From Prasinococcaceae sp. CCMP 1430 (Eukaryota > Plantae > Prasinodermophyta), in the NCBI GenBank assembly GCA_013416795.1, contig RQSC01000029.1:8748-72747 (forward strand): a stretch of 64,000 nucleotides of DNA, in the 5' to 3' direction. Shown here in pieces: positions 50,376 through 62,300 of the stretch. The notes beneath the pieces were generated by a model. It saw only the letters and a program-made list of their open reading frames with translations. It searched no databases and was not told where the DNA came from. A program made the translations under genes and the position numbers. Numbering within the stretch: the stretch's first letter is position 1; each line of letters begins with the position of its first letter.

Positions 50376-51079
50376 ATGGCGTCGGCGGAGACCGAGACAG
50401 AGCCCATGACCGAGACAGAGCGCATCAAGGCCGAGGTCACGAAAGCATTCGCGCTCTTCCAGGCGCACGAGTCATCGCCTGAAGTGGATGAGCGCGAGGT
50501 GCCTACCATTCTGGCCAGCCTCGGTCTTAACCTCACGCAAGAGATGCTGCGCGACTTCGTCAACGAGGTGCGCGGCGAGGACTCGACAACCGGCCTCCTT
50601 TCGTTCGACCGCTTCGCCAAGGCGGCAACTCGTGTGCTGCTCGAGCACAGGCAGGGCGAAGCCGCGCGTGACTCGGAGGAGAAGCTGCTCAGGGCGTTCA
50701 AGGTGCGCGAGCGTGCGATACAGCACGCGCACGAGCGCGTGTGCTTGCGGATGCGCACGTGCGGCGTGTGCTCTCCGGAGGCGTTCGTGCACTCGCGCCT
50801 GCGCGGTGGACCGTGTCTCTGACGTTGGGCGCCTCGCGCCCACGCGTCGGGCTTTTCCACCCCGGCGTGCCGCAGGCGTTCGACCCTGAGGGTAAAGGTT
50901 ACATCGAGGGCAGCTTCCTGAAGAACCTGCTGCAAACACGCGGCGACGCGTTCCGCGACGACGAGGCTGACGCGATGGTCGCCGCGGCGATGGACGCCGA
51001 GTCCGGCCGCATCTACTACGAGGACTTCGCCGAGCTGCTCGCCAACGACGGCCGGCGGTCATTGGATGGCTCGGCATGA
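50376..51079 (+). CDS. DRC8: EF-hand dynein regulatory complex protein 8 (EFCAB2-like); intron 50703-50875
   Basis: VDEREVPTILASLG, EEKLLRAFKAFDPEGKGYI, GDAF..E...MVAAA.D.ESGRIYYEDF. Confidence 0.8.
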
Positions 51080-51642
51080 GAGCGCCGCGGCTGAGAGAGA
51101 CCCTCCCTGGCGCGGCGCTCGCGCTCACACCCTGTCCCCCCCCGCCGCCCCGATCCCCCGCCCCGCCCCCGCGCCCCGCCCTGCCTTCCTGAAACGGGCC
51201 TCGGCGGTCGGTTATTCAGTCAGGGAAAAAAAAAACGCTCGATTGTTGATATTTCTTCGGGTCTGTCCGGGATACCGCTTCCTTCCCAGGTCACCTTCGG
51301 GCGCACCGGGATCGCTCCCGGCCGAGCGGGCGCGGCACCCGGGTCGCGCCCCGTTGCGCGTGCGCACGTCGAGAGGTCGAAACGCATGCGCCTCGGGCCC
51401 GGGGCCTGAATGCGGGACACACACGCACCACATGTTGAGTCATATTGCACTTTTGCACGTGTTGACGTCGAATGTTTGCGAGGGGGGCGCCGCCGCGCCA
51501 CACCGCACGCGCGCCCGGACGCGCCCCCGCGCGGCAGCGATGGAGGGGGACCCGCCGGCAGCGGGGGCGAAGCCGCCGNAGCTCGCCGAGATGGGCATGG
51601 CCGGCGCGGCGGGGGGCGGGCGGCGGCGGACGGCGTAGGGCC

Positions 51643-54018
51643 ATGGCAGGCCTTGGAGAGACGTCGGTGGCGGCGCCCTCGCGCGATGTGAGCAAGCGCG
51701 CCGCCGCCGAGGTGGCCTCTGCGCTCGGCCCTACCGCGGCTGCACAGGCGAAGCGCGCTGCCTCGGAGGTGGCGGCAGCGCTCGCCACTGCTGGGAAGGC
51801 CGCGCCGCACGAGGCCGCCAACGGCACAGGGGACGAGGCCGACGTGCACGCGCGCATGGCCGAGCGCTGCCGCAAGCAGGCGGACGAGCTCAAGGCGACC
51901 ACGGGAAAGGCGAAGGGTTCGGGCAAGAAGCGCGCGTCGATGCCGCTGCGCACAGGCGACGAGGTCGCAGTCAAGGCGTACTGGTTCGACGGCCCAGGAG
52001 AGCTCCGCGTGAGGGACCGCTGGAGCTATCAGACGTTCGGCGCCAAGTGGTACACCGCTGAGTGCATCGGCGTTGTGCGCGCCCGCGACAAGAACCCCCC
52101 GCGCGGTGGTGATAAGAAGGAGACGTGGTGGTCCATCGAGTTCGATTCGATGGACGGCACCGGCGCCACCGAGACGCACTCTTTCAAGAGGAGGGACATC
52201 CGCCTCGTGAAGGCCGTGCCGCGTGTGGTGGTGCCCCCGCCGGCCAAGGATCCCAAGGCGAAGGCCGTGCCGCGTGTGGTGGAACCATCATCTGCCAAGG
52301 AGCCCAAGACTGACAAGGGCGAGGTGGGCGAGGGTCTCAGCAAGCCTCGCGGAAGGCCGCGAAAGAGCGTGTCGCGGCAGGTCGCTGGGTCCACCAAGCA
52401 GGCGCATGGGGGTACGAGGAGCTCCGCAAATGGCGATGGTGCGGCCGGCGGCTCAGCGCGGGACGGGGCCGACGCGGGATGCGCGAGCACACGCGGCGAC
52501 GCGAAGCGACGGCGAGGTGTAGCCAAGGGCAGCGAGGCCGCGCCACCGGGCGCCGCGCCACCGGGCGCCGGCGGCTCGCGCGGCTGGTTTCTTGACGCGC
52601 GGGCGCCGCCCGTCCCTGTAGCAAGTGTCAACCTGGCGGCTGTGCCCGAGGTCGAGAGGGTGTGCCTGCGCGATGTCGACTTTCGCCAACGCGCACTCAA
52701 TTGCATGGCGAATGGCGGGGGCTGCGAGCACTGTGGGCGCATGCTCTCCGAGCGCTGGAAGTCGCGCCACGGGGTCGCCCACCAGCTCTGCTCCGAGTGT
52801 GGCCTGTACAAGCACCGCCATGGCGGCTCGCTGGATGCGCGGGCGTTGCACGCAAACCTGCCCAGGGCGCCCGCAACCTCCGACCGCGAGCATGAGGGAG
52901 CGCCCGCGGAGCAAGTGCCGCATGGCTGTGGGGTGTGGAGTCCGCAGCAAGAGCAGCAGCGATGGCAACATGGCCATGACTTGGACATTGACCACGTTGA
53001 AGGCCCCGGGGAGGCCGAGCTGGCCGCGCTCTGCAAGGGCGACGATGACGGCGACGATAGGGATGATGTGCGTGCCGAGCAGCAGCTGTACAGGCAGCGG
53101 CTGCTGCAATGCACGCGCGAGGTCCCGCGCTCATTCGAAACGCTGAGGAGAAGAGCTCACGAGGAGCTCTACCTTCGGTTGCGACAGAAGGGGCACGCAA
53201 AGATCGCGCGTTCACCAGCCAGCAGAGGGCCCAGCACTGCAGCGGGTGCGGTGCGGCCTTCCCCGTCGCCGGCCACGCCCCTGGAGTCGCCTTGCGTCAA
53301 CGTCTCGACGGGCGCAGGCGATGACTGCAAGAGCACGGACGCAGATCCGACACCCGTGGGCTCAGCGCAGCTTGTGGTGCCAGATAGCAACGAGAGGGAG
53401 GCCCCGCCAACCACCAGCCTGCCCACGCGCGGCGATGCCCGTATAAGCGGATCGCCGGCAGATCGGTCGCCGCCGCAGCTAAAGCAGGAGGAGGTGTCAC
53501 CCTCGAGGAGACTCCTACAGCAAGCAGTGGCCCTCTCCCACCGGGCGCGAGCGAATGTGATCGAGCTGGCCAAAGGGGTGAGCAGTATGGCGAAGGAGGT
53601 CGGCGGCGGCGGCGAGGTGGGCATGGCCGCCAAGAGTGGCGTGGCCGTTGCGACGATTGAGAAGATGGAAACAAATCGCAAAGACCCGCGCTCGAACTCT
53701 TTGGCACCAGCACGCAGGGCAGATGCCGCGCTCAAGGACCTGAAGGGCAAGGTGACCAAGAACAAGACATCCGGCGGGCTGGAAGGTTTGAAAATGCGAA
53801 AGTCCGGCCCTTCTCTGAGCCCTCCTCTCAGGCTCACCTCCTCCTCCGGAGCGGGGGGTGCGCGGAAGGTGTCCACCAAGGGCAAGCCGCTCGACGTGCC
53901 AGTCGGGGCTTACGCGCACGTGCTCGCGCCTCCTGTCCGTGGCATGAGCAATGGCAAGCGCGCTTTCAGCGCCGCAATGCGCCTCGTTGCGAAGCTCGGG
54001 TCGCCCGAAGTGAAGTGA
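51643..54018 (+). CDS. Putative chromatin/DNA-binding protein: SH3/Tudor-like domain, AT-hook, atypical GATA-type zinc finger (may start near 51540, across an N)
   Basis: PRGRPRK; CEHC-x18-CSEC with central W and GLY; aromatic beta-rich N-terminal block. Confidence 0.6.
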   Translation: MAGLGETSVAAPSRDVSKRAAAEVASALGPTAAAQAKRAASEVAAALATAGKAAPHEAANGTGDEADVHARMAERCRKQADELKATTGKAKGSGKKRASMPLRTGDEVAVKAYWFDGPGELRVRDRWSYQTFGAKWYTAECIGVVRARDKNPPRGGDKKETWWSIEFDSMDGTGATETHSFKRRDIRLVKAVPRVVVPPPAKDPKAKAVPRVVEPSSAKEPKTDKGEVGEGLSKPRGRPRKSVSRQVAGSTKQAHGGTRSSANGDGAAGGSARDGADAGCASTRGDAKRRRGVAKGSEAAPPGAAPPGAGGSRGWFLDARAPPVPVASVNLAAVPEVERVCLRDVDFRQRALNCMANGGGCEHCGRMLSERWKSRHGVAHQLCSECGLYKHRHGGSLDARALHANLPRAPATSDREHEGAPAEQVPHGCGVWSPQQEQQRWQHGHDLDIDHVEGPGEAELAALCKGDDDGDDRDDVRAEQQLYRQRLLQCTREVPRSFETLRRRAHEELYLRLRQKGHAKIARSPASRGPSTAAGAVRPSPSPATPLESPCVNVSTGAGDDCKSTDADPTPVGSAQLVVPDSNEREAPPTTSLPTRGDARISGSPADRSPPQLKQEEVSPSRRLLQQAVALSHRARANVIELAKGVSSMAKEVGGGGEVGMAAKSGVAVATIEKMETNRKDPRSNSLAPARRADAALKDLKGKVTKNKTSGGLEGLKMRKSGPSLSPPLRLTSSSGAGGARKVSTKGKPLDVPVGAYAHVLAPPVRGMSNGKRAFSAAMRLVAKLGSPEVK

Positions 54019-54121
54019 TTACGCTGGTCCGAAGTGATTGATAATATGGCATGAGCGCGAGCACTTCTGCCACTCCATTTAATGACGCACTGTTGACGCA
54101 CACCTCGCCTGCTCGAGAGTA

Positions 54122-56695
54122 TTATTCAGCTACCTCAATGGCCTCGGACACGGGTGTGTCCTCGATCGGGGTCGCCGGTAGCTCAGCGACTAGCCTTGGC
54201 CCCTGAGGAAGCTCGCCAGGTGCGAGCGCGAACATCGGCGCGCACAGTGCATCGGGCACTGCGCTAGGCGCGTCCACCTTGTCGCCTTCCGCGCGCTGGT
54301 CGCCCCAGCACGCGTCAAGCAAAAGCGCGACCTGCTCCGTGAGCTGCATCGCGCCAGTGCCAGCGTGAGAAGCCAACGCGGCGGATGCCGTGCGCACCAG
54401 CGCCAGTCCGAACTCCTGCAGCGTGAGGCGCTCGGTCGCCGCGAAGACGTCCGAGGCGAAGTTTGGTCCCGATACGGCAGCAAGAGCTGCGGCCACCGAC
54501 AGCGACATATCAGAGGCGGCCGGAGGAGCCACACTCACCGCGGGCTCCTCGTCGCCCTCCGCTCCGCCCTGCTCGCCGGCTGCGCCCGCGCCCTCGGTGT
54601 CGCGCTCTGTCTCGTTTCCGGCCGCAGTCATTGCGCCCTCGCCTGCGCCAGCGCCCCCGTCAGCAGGCTCCAAGCTCGTCTTGCCGTCGGCCGACGCGCT
54701 ATCAGCGGCGTCAGCGGCACCGTTTGCGGCGTCAGCAACGCCCTCACTGCCATCCGCGGCGCCCCCCGCGGCGGCCTCGTCGTCGCCAGCCCCCCCTCCT
54801 TCCGCGGCACCCTCGACCGGGCCGGTCTCGCCCTCACTTGCGTCGGCCGTGCTGTCCCTTGCGACTTCGACGGCGGCCCGCAGCACACGACTCGCATGTA
54901 GCGCGCGCAGCACTGCCCCAATCGACACGAGTCCCGAGCCGTCGTTCTCACCCGCATCAGCCGCCGTAGCGTGGAATGCTGCTGCGATTGCGGACGCGTG
55001 AGCGTCCGCCGCGCGCAGCGCGTCGGCTATTGCCCCGGGGCTACTGGTGGTGGCACCCGGTTTCAGCGGCGCGCCGCCACCGGCGCGCGCAGTACCAGCC
55101 GAGAGTTGCAAGTCCCCCACGAGCAAAGCGCTCACTCGCTCGGGTAGGCTCCCAAGATTGCGGTAGCGTGCATGCGCGAGGCGCACGAGCGTCTCAGCGA
55201 AGTCACGATAGAGCAGCCAGACCTCGGCGACGCCCTCGCCCGCAGCCGCACCCGACGTTGCAATCGCGCTACCTGCAAGCGCGGCGAGCGCAGCCTCCCT
55301 TATCTCCTCCATCCGCAGCATGCGCCCGCCGGCATTGGCTTGCGTGGCGGTGCTGGCAGCTAGGGCCGTCGGCGCACACGCGATGCCGATACCTGCGTCC
55401 ATGCACAGCGCACTGAGCTGCGTCAGTGCGAGGACGTAGGGCTGCGCGGGATCGCGCTCGAAGGATGAAAATCCGAAGCCCACCGGCGAATGCGCCGCGT
55501 AGCGGCGGTAGAGCGCACGTAGCTCCGAGCAGTGCTCGAGCAGTAAATTGAGTACGCGCTTCTCTGCGTCCGCCTCCAATGCTGGTTCCGACGCGCCCGC
55601 GCTCCCGCCCGGGGCGCCGAGCGCCAGCACATCGCCGAGGCGCAGCGTGACGCCGTTGGGAGAGTCGGGCCGAAGAAACACCGCGCGCCCCGTCGCGGGG
55701 TCAACCGCGCGGTCATCGACCCACTCGCACGAGCGGCTCGAGCCATCCTCGAATACGAAGATGCCGGTGCCGTGCTTGTGCCCGCGCACGAATGAGCCCG
55801 CGTACGTCGCACCCGTTGAGTAGTAAAACACACCCTCGCCGTGGCGCTCGCCGTCCACGAATTCCCCCTCGTAGCGATTGCAGCGGCAGCGCTGTGCCGA
55901 CATCGACTCGGCCTCGACCTCGAAGCCACCCTCGTCACCGTCTCCGTCCCCGACCGTTCCGAACCACACCATCACACCGCGCCCGTTGGGCTTGCCATCT
56001 ACCCACTCCCCAGTGTAGCGTTGTCCGGCGGCCTTCCACGTCATGGTGCCGCTCCCGTGTTTCACATCGTCCACCCAGCCTCCCTCGTACACGTTGCCGC
56101 TCGGGTACTGCATGACACCGCGGCCGTGGCGGCGGTCTCTGACCCACTCGCCCTCGTACTGCCCGCCCCCTCCGTCGCTGCCGCAGTCGGCCTCGCCGGG
56201 CGCAGCGAAGCGCAGCACGCCCACGCCGTGGCGCGCGCCGCTGACCCAGTCGCCCGTATAGGAGGCGCCGCTCGCGAGCGTGAGCGTGCCGCGGCCGTGG
56301 CGCTCGCCGCGCAGCACGGCGCCCTCGTACACCGCGGCGCCCGCCGCCGATGCCGCGGGCCACTCGTATCGCCCCTCACCGCTCGCCTCGTTCGCCACGA
56401 AGTCGCCCGCGTAGCGCACGCCGTCCGGCCACGTGTACTCGCCCCGTCCGTGCATGAGGCCGCGCTCCCACGCGCCCTCGTATCGCGCCCCGGCGCCGCG
56501 GAAGGCGGCCTTCCCAGCGCCGTCCGGCAGGCCGCTCGCCGCGTCTCGCTCGCCCTCGTACGATTCCAACAGCACATCGAGCACCGCGGGCTCCACGTGC
56601 GGCGCGCCCGCGGGCAGCGGCGGCGGCGCCGACGCCCCGCCAGATCACGCCGCGAAAGGTGAACTCGACGGGCTCTGTGGGCTCAGCTCGGCCAT
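54122..56695 (-). CDS. MORN-repeat axonemal protein RSPH10B-like; in-frame TGA near the start
   Basis: LLESYEGE followed by about 10 MORN repeats, the NRYEGEFVDG insert position, and RDFAETLVRLAH. Confidence 0.8.
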
Positions 56696-57224
56696 CCTCC
56701 CGCACGCGCCCGCGGGTGTGGCGCCCTCGCGTCGCCCCACCCCCTGCCCCCACTCCCCCGCGCGCGCACGCGCGCGTACGCTCGCGTGCAAACACGGACC
56801 CACGAAGGTTTCAGATTTAGATAATGGCCGAATTTTGGGGGCGGAAAGAACCCGTATTTGATCCGGAGTGGGCGCGCTATCCTGGGCCGTTCGAGGTGAC
56901 TCCCGTGGACACTTATCGAGAAAATCATCCCGATTGGGCCAACGAGCGCGGCGGGGCTGAGCTCCGCGTGTGCGCGCGCGCGGGAAAAAAAAATCGGCAC
57001 CGGGTGGCGCTGAGCTGGCCGCTGCGGGCAGCGCTCGCCCCCGCCCGCGCGCGCCACAGCCACGCGCGGCGCGCCTCGACCCGGCCCTCCACGCAGGGGC
57101 CTTCCGCCTCCCACGCGCGCGCGCGCCCGGGCTGGGGGGGGGGCCGGTGCAGCGGCCCGCGCTCGTCGCTTTCGCAGCGCCCCCGCGTGAGGAGGGGGAC
57201 GGGGTGGCGGCGGCCGTGGCAGCG

Positions 57225-59126
57225 ATGGCGAGGCCGTGTGGGCCGTACGTGGGCGCCATCGACCAGGGTACGACGAGCTCGCGCTTCATCCTATTCGATG
57301 TGACGCGCACCGCCGTGGCATCGCACCAGCTCGAGCACGACCAGGTGGAGGAGCGGCCGGGCTGGTGCGAGCACAAGCCAGCGCAGATCGTCGAACGCGT
57401 GCGCGAGTGCATCGAGGTGCGGGCGCATGCGCGGGTAGGCGCACGCGAGCATGCGCGAGGGCGAGCATCAGGCGCGCGCGCGCGTAGGTGCGCCGCTGAT
57501 GTCGGTGCGCGCGCGCACATCCCAGGTGGCGATGGCCCAGGCCAAGTCCGAGCACGGCATCGAGCCGCGCGACGTTGCTGGTGTGGGCATCACCAATCAA
57601 CGCGAGACGCTCGTGGTGTGGGATCGCACCAGCGGCAAGCCCCTGCACAACGCGCTCGTGTGGCACGACCTGCGCACCGCCGCGGTCGCAGAGGGCATCA
57701 AGCGCGACCACGGAGGCGCGGACGCCTTCCGCGACGTGACTGGCCTGCCTGTATCGACGTACTTCTCCGCGACCAAGCTCATGTGGCTGCGCGACAATGT
57801 ACCGGCGGTGGCGGAGGCGCTGAGGGACGGCTCGGCGATGGTGGGCACGATCGACTCGTGGCTGCTCTACAGCCTCACGGGAGGCGCCGGCAAGGGCGTA
57901 CACGTGACCGACGTGAGCAACGCGAGCCGCACGATGCTGATGGACCTGCGCGCGCGCGAGTGGCACGCGCCCACGTGCGACACGCTCGGCGTGCCGCTCA
58001 AGTGCCTGCCCCAGATCCGCTCCAACGCCGAGGTGTATGGCGCCATTGTCGGCGGCCCACTGGACGGCGTGGCGCTGAGCGGCTGCGTGGGCGACCAGCA
58101 GGCGGCGGTGCTGGGGCACAGATGCGTCGAAGGGGAGGCGAAGAACACATACGGCACGGGTTGCTTTATGCTGATGCACACCGGTGACCGCGTGGTGCCA
58201 TCCGCGCACGGCCTGCTGAGCACGGCACTCTTCCAGCTTGGGCCCGACGCCACGCCGCAGTACGCGCTCGAGGGGAGCGTCGCCACGGCCGGCTGCGGCG
58301 TCCAGTGGCTCAGGGACAAGCTGGGCATCATCTCCGAGTCCTCCGAAGTCGAGACGAAGGCAGAGTCGGTGCCGGACACCGCGGGCGTGTACTTCGTGCC
58401 CGCGCTGACCGGCCTGTACGCCCCGCACTGGCGCGCGGATGCGCGTGGCACCGTAGTTGGGCTCACGCACTACGCGACGGACGCGCACATCTGCCGGGCG
58501 ATGCTCGAAGCCATCTGCTTCCAGTCGAACGAGGTCCTGGAGTCAATGGTCAAGGACGAGCAGTCTGAGGTGTGTGCGCGCCCCTCACCAGCGCGACTGC
58601 GCGCGCGAGGGGCGGGATGCGGGCGGTGTCGATGATGGCTGACCGCTGCGACCACGCACGTGCGCCAATCAGGGTGGTACCGTGGAGCTGAAGCGCCTGC
58701 TGGTGGATGGGGGTGCATGCGTGAACAACCTGCTGATGCAGACCCAAGCGGACCTGCTGGGCGTGCCGGTATTCCGCCCAGAGTACGTCGAGACGACTGC
58801 GTTGGGCGCGGCTATCGCGGCGGGCGTGGGCATTGGCGTGTGGAGCCAGGTGCGTGATACCGGTCGCCTTGGGCCACGGCTCGCGCAGGTGGCCGCTCGC
58901 GCAAAGCTCGCCGCTCCGGGCGCGTGCGGATGCGCTGACCCCAGTCCCACACCCGCGTGTGCGATGGCAGGAGATGCTCTTCGGCGAGGATGGCCGCGCG
59001 GACGCGGCCGGCACCACCTTTGAACCGGGCAACCACGCCAAGGATCGCGCGCGGCGCAAGCGACGCTGGGCGCAGGCGCTCGAGCGGAGCCTTGGCTGGG
59101 GGGAGGAGGAGGTGGTGGAAGACTAG
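57225..59126 (+). CDS. Glycerol kinase; introns 57417-57525, 58570-58672, 58850-58970
   Basis: [64 protein letters not shown]. Confidence 0.96.
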
Positions 59127-59398
59127 ATCTGCTGGGTGGGTTCCAAGTAGGGGGGAAGAGGGAGGGTGGGGCACAGCATCCGCGCGCCAATCGTAAGTGC
59201 ACGCGCGCGTCGTTGTTTCAATTCTGTCTTACTACTTTGTACTGTAGGTTCGCGCAATTTACGCCTTCATTGCTAGGACGGCATGCCTGTCTTGTTTCGA
59301 TGATATCATCTTCACGCTGGTGTAACTTTCTCTCAGAAAAATGAGGGGCGCATGCATGTAAGAGATTTGAGACCAGCAGAAGCGCTGGCGAGCGACGC

Positions 59399-62300
59399 TC
59401 ACTCTGCGCTGCCTCCGTCACCAGAGCCACCTGCGCCTGCAGCCGGTGCTTCCCGATCCTTTGCTGCCGCCGCCGCTCCACTGGTTTCCTCGGTGCACAT
59501 GCCCGTGGCCTGTGAGGCCGAGTTCGCAGCTCCACCGCTTCCTCCGGTGTTGTCCGATCCGGTCGCGTTGCCCGCGGCCGCGCCGCCCGAGTTTGAGGGG
59601 TCGTGCTTGAGGAATTGGCCCCGGAAGCGAGGCCGCGCCTCAGCAAGCTTCTTTCGGCTCATGTAGCGTATTTTCTTGGTGAAGGTGCGCGCCTTGCGCT
59701 TCTCCCTGAACTTCTCGAGCGCGGCCGCACGATTACTGGTGGCAACCGCCTTGTCCACCAGCGAGTGTGGGTACTTGTGGCCCGTGGACGAGTCCGAGAC
59801 CGCAGGCGCAACACTCCCCGAGCCCCCTTGACCCTGCGCACTGGGCACGCTGGTGACGGCCGAGGGCCCAGCAGTACCGGACCCGATCACGCTGCCGTGC
59901 ATGCCTGACGGTGGCATGGCGACCATCATCTGCGGCAGCGTTCCCGACTGCTGCATCTGCTGGAAGTGCTGCATCTGTTGCGCGTTCATGCTCATCACGC
60001 CAGACGCACGCGGGTCCGTCGGCGCGCCAGCATTGCCGCGCTGCACGCCGTCCGGTGTCATGGCGCCCACCTGCGAGGGCCGATTGGACGGCGTCACGAC
60101 GGGGTAGCCGTTCGGGTTAAACGGGTCTGGCATCGACGCGGACATCGATGGCGCGCTCGGATCCGACATCGACATGGCGATCGGTGGCCCACTCGCGCTG
60201 AAGGGCATTTGCGGAAACTGGCCCATTCCGGGAAAGGGCGGAATCCCAGGCGGCATGCCAGGCGGCATGACGCCGGGTGGCATGATGCCCTGGGACTGCA
60301 TCGCCTGGTACACCTGCGCTGGCGGCATCGGACGCGCGCCCGCCATCCACATCTGCTGGGCCAACACCGCCTGCGTGGACATTCCCGCTTGCATGTTGAC
60401 GTCGCCCATAGCGGCATTCATGGGCGGTCCGGCGGCCATTTGCATCGGCGGCGCCACGAGCATGGGCGGTCGCACCGGGCGAGCACTCGGTGCATTCCCA
60501 GTGCTGTTGCTTCCCGACACCCTTCGACCGTCCATGAGCACGTCCGTCGACGCAGTGCCATTAGTGCCGGCGCCATTGTTCGCACCGGTCGCGTGCTCCG
60601 AGATGGAGCCCGAGCCATTGCTTCGCCCGTTGCTGCCAGGTGCAGAGCCTGAGCGCCGCGCCCGCTCGCCGCTACTACGCCGAGTGCCGCTGCTCCCCCC
60701 ACGGTGCTGCTTGCCGCCGCGACGGCCCGCCGGACCCGTCGCCCTACCCCCGCTATCCGCAGCACTCTTCCCCTGCAGCCGCGCTTGAGGCGCAGCGCCA
60801 TTGCCCGTCCGCTTTCCATCCACCTTGGGCTGCGGTTGCTTGCCGCCAGCCCCAGCTGCCCCCGCGCTGGCGTGCCCGTCTGGCGACGTGCGCTTGATGC
60901 GCTTGTTGGTGGGCTCTTCGCCGTCAGCTCTGCGCGGCGAGTTCGAGTACGCCGCGAACGCGCTCGCCTTCTCGCCACTGTGGTCGCCGCTTGCGTCCTT
61001 TCCGTCTTTAGTGCCGTTGGTTCCGCCGCTGCTGCTCGGGTTGGCACTCGCGGCGCGCAGCCGTTTTGCTGGGACGTCCCTCTCAGTGCTGCCACGCGCC
61101 TGCTGGGCCTCGGGGCTGGCGCTGCCGTCGTTGCGCGCGCTGCCACGGCCATTCGTGGGCAGGCCCGCAGCGACTGCCGCCGCGCCTGCCACCGTGTCAG
61201 CGCCAGCCTTGGCGGCACTGTCCTTCTTCTTGGGCAGGCCCGTGTCGTCCACGGGGCTGCGTGAGCCACTCTTGTTGCCGCGGTCGCCATGGCCGGCGCC
61301 TGCCAGTGAGGCGTTGCCGCTGCCGCCGTTGCGCCCGCCGTCACTGCCACCGCCGCTGCCACTGCGATCGTTGGCACCACCCCCACTGCCGCCATCGCCG
61401 CTGCCACCTTCGCCACCGCTGCCACCTCCGCTGCCGCCGCCGCTGCCCTTGCCACCATTGGTGTCGTCCGCGGGTAGCGCGCCTGCATTCGCCGCCTTCG
61501 CGGCGCGCGGCGTCAAGCCAGAGCCAACGTGCGCGGGCGCTGTGGTAGGTGGCGAGTGCCTGCGCGTGGCAGGCGGCGGCGGCAAGCCTGCGGTGCCAGC
61601 AGTGCCGTTGCCGTTGCCATTGAGAGCATGGTAGGCGCTCATCGCAGTGCCATTGCCATTGCCGTTGCCATTGCCATTGCCGTTGCCATTGCCAGTGGCG
61701 GAGTACCCATTGCCGTTTCCGTTGCCATTGCCGTTGCCATGGCCGTGCACGCCGTGGGCACCTTGGTGGCCTCCGTTGGTGGCATTGCCATTACCATTGC
61801 CGTTGCCGGTTGCCGAATACCCGAGCCCGTTGGTGGCGCCGTTGCCGCTGCCACTGCCATTCCCGCCTTCGCCGCTGTTGCCCTTGCCACTGCCATTGCC
61901 TCCCTCGTTGCTACCATGTCCGTTAGGGCCATCGCCACTGCCGCCGCTGCCGCCGGCGTTCGCGTCCGGGCTACCGCTCTTTCGGCCTGCATTTTCTTTC
62001 CCCGTCTGGCGACCCGCCAGCACGTCGCCGACGCGGACCTGCTTGCGCATGCCGTCGCCCTCGGCGGCCGTGGCGTTCACAGGAGCCCCCTGGTCGCCGC
62101 CCCCGCCGAAGCTGCCGCTGTTTGACCCGTCCTTGTCGGAGGAGTTCGAGTTGTTGTTCTTCCCACCACCGGTGGCACCTTTGGCGGCGGCCGCCGCCGC
62201 GGCAGCTTCAGCCGCCTCATTGCCAGACCCGCCGGATCCGCCTTTCTTGTCACCGTCGCTCCCGCTGCCGCTGCCGTTCCCATCGCTGCCGCCGCCGCTA

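Noticed and set aside
56645-56647. Selenocysteine codon
   Set aside because: No redox context and no SECIS-like AUGA/GA element seen in the 3' UTR
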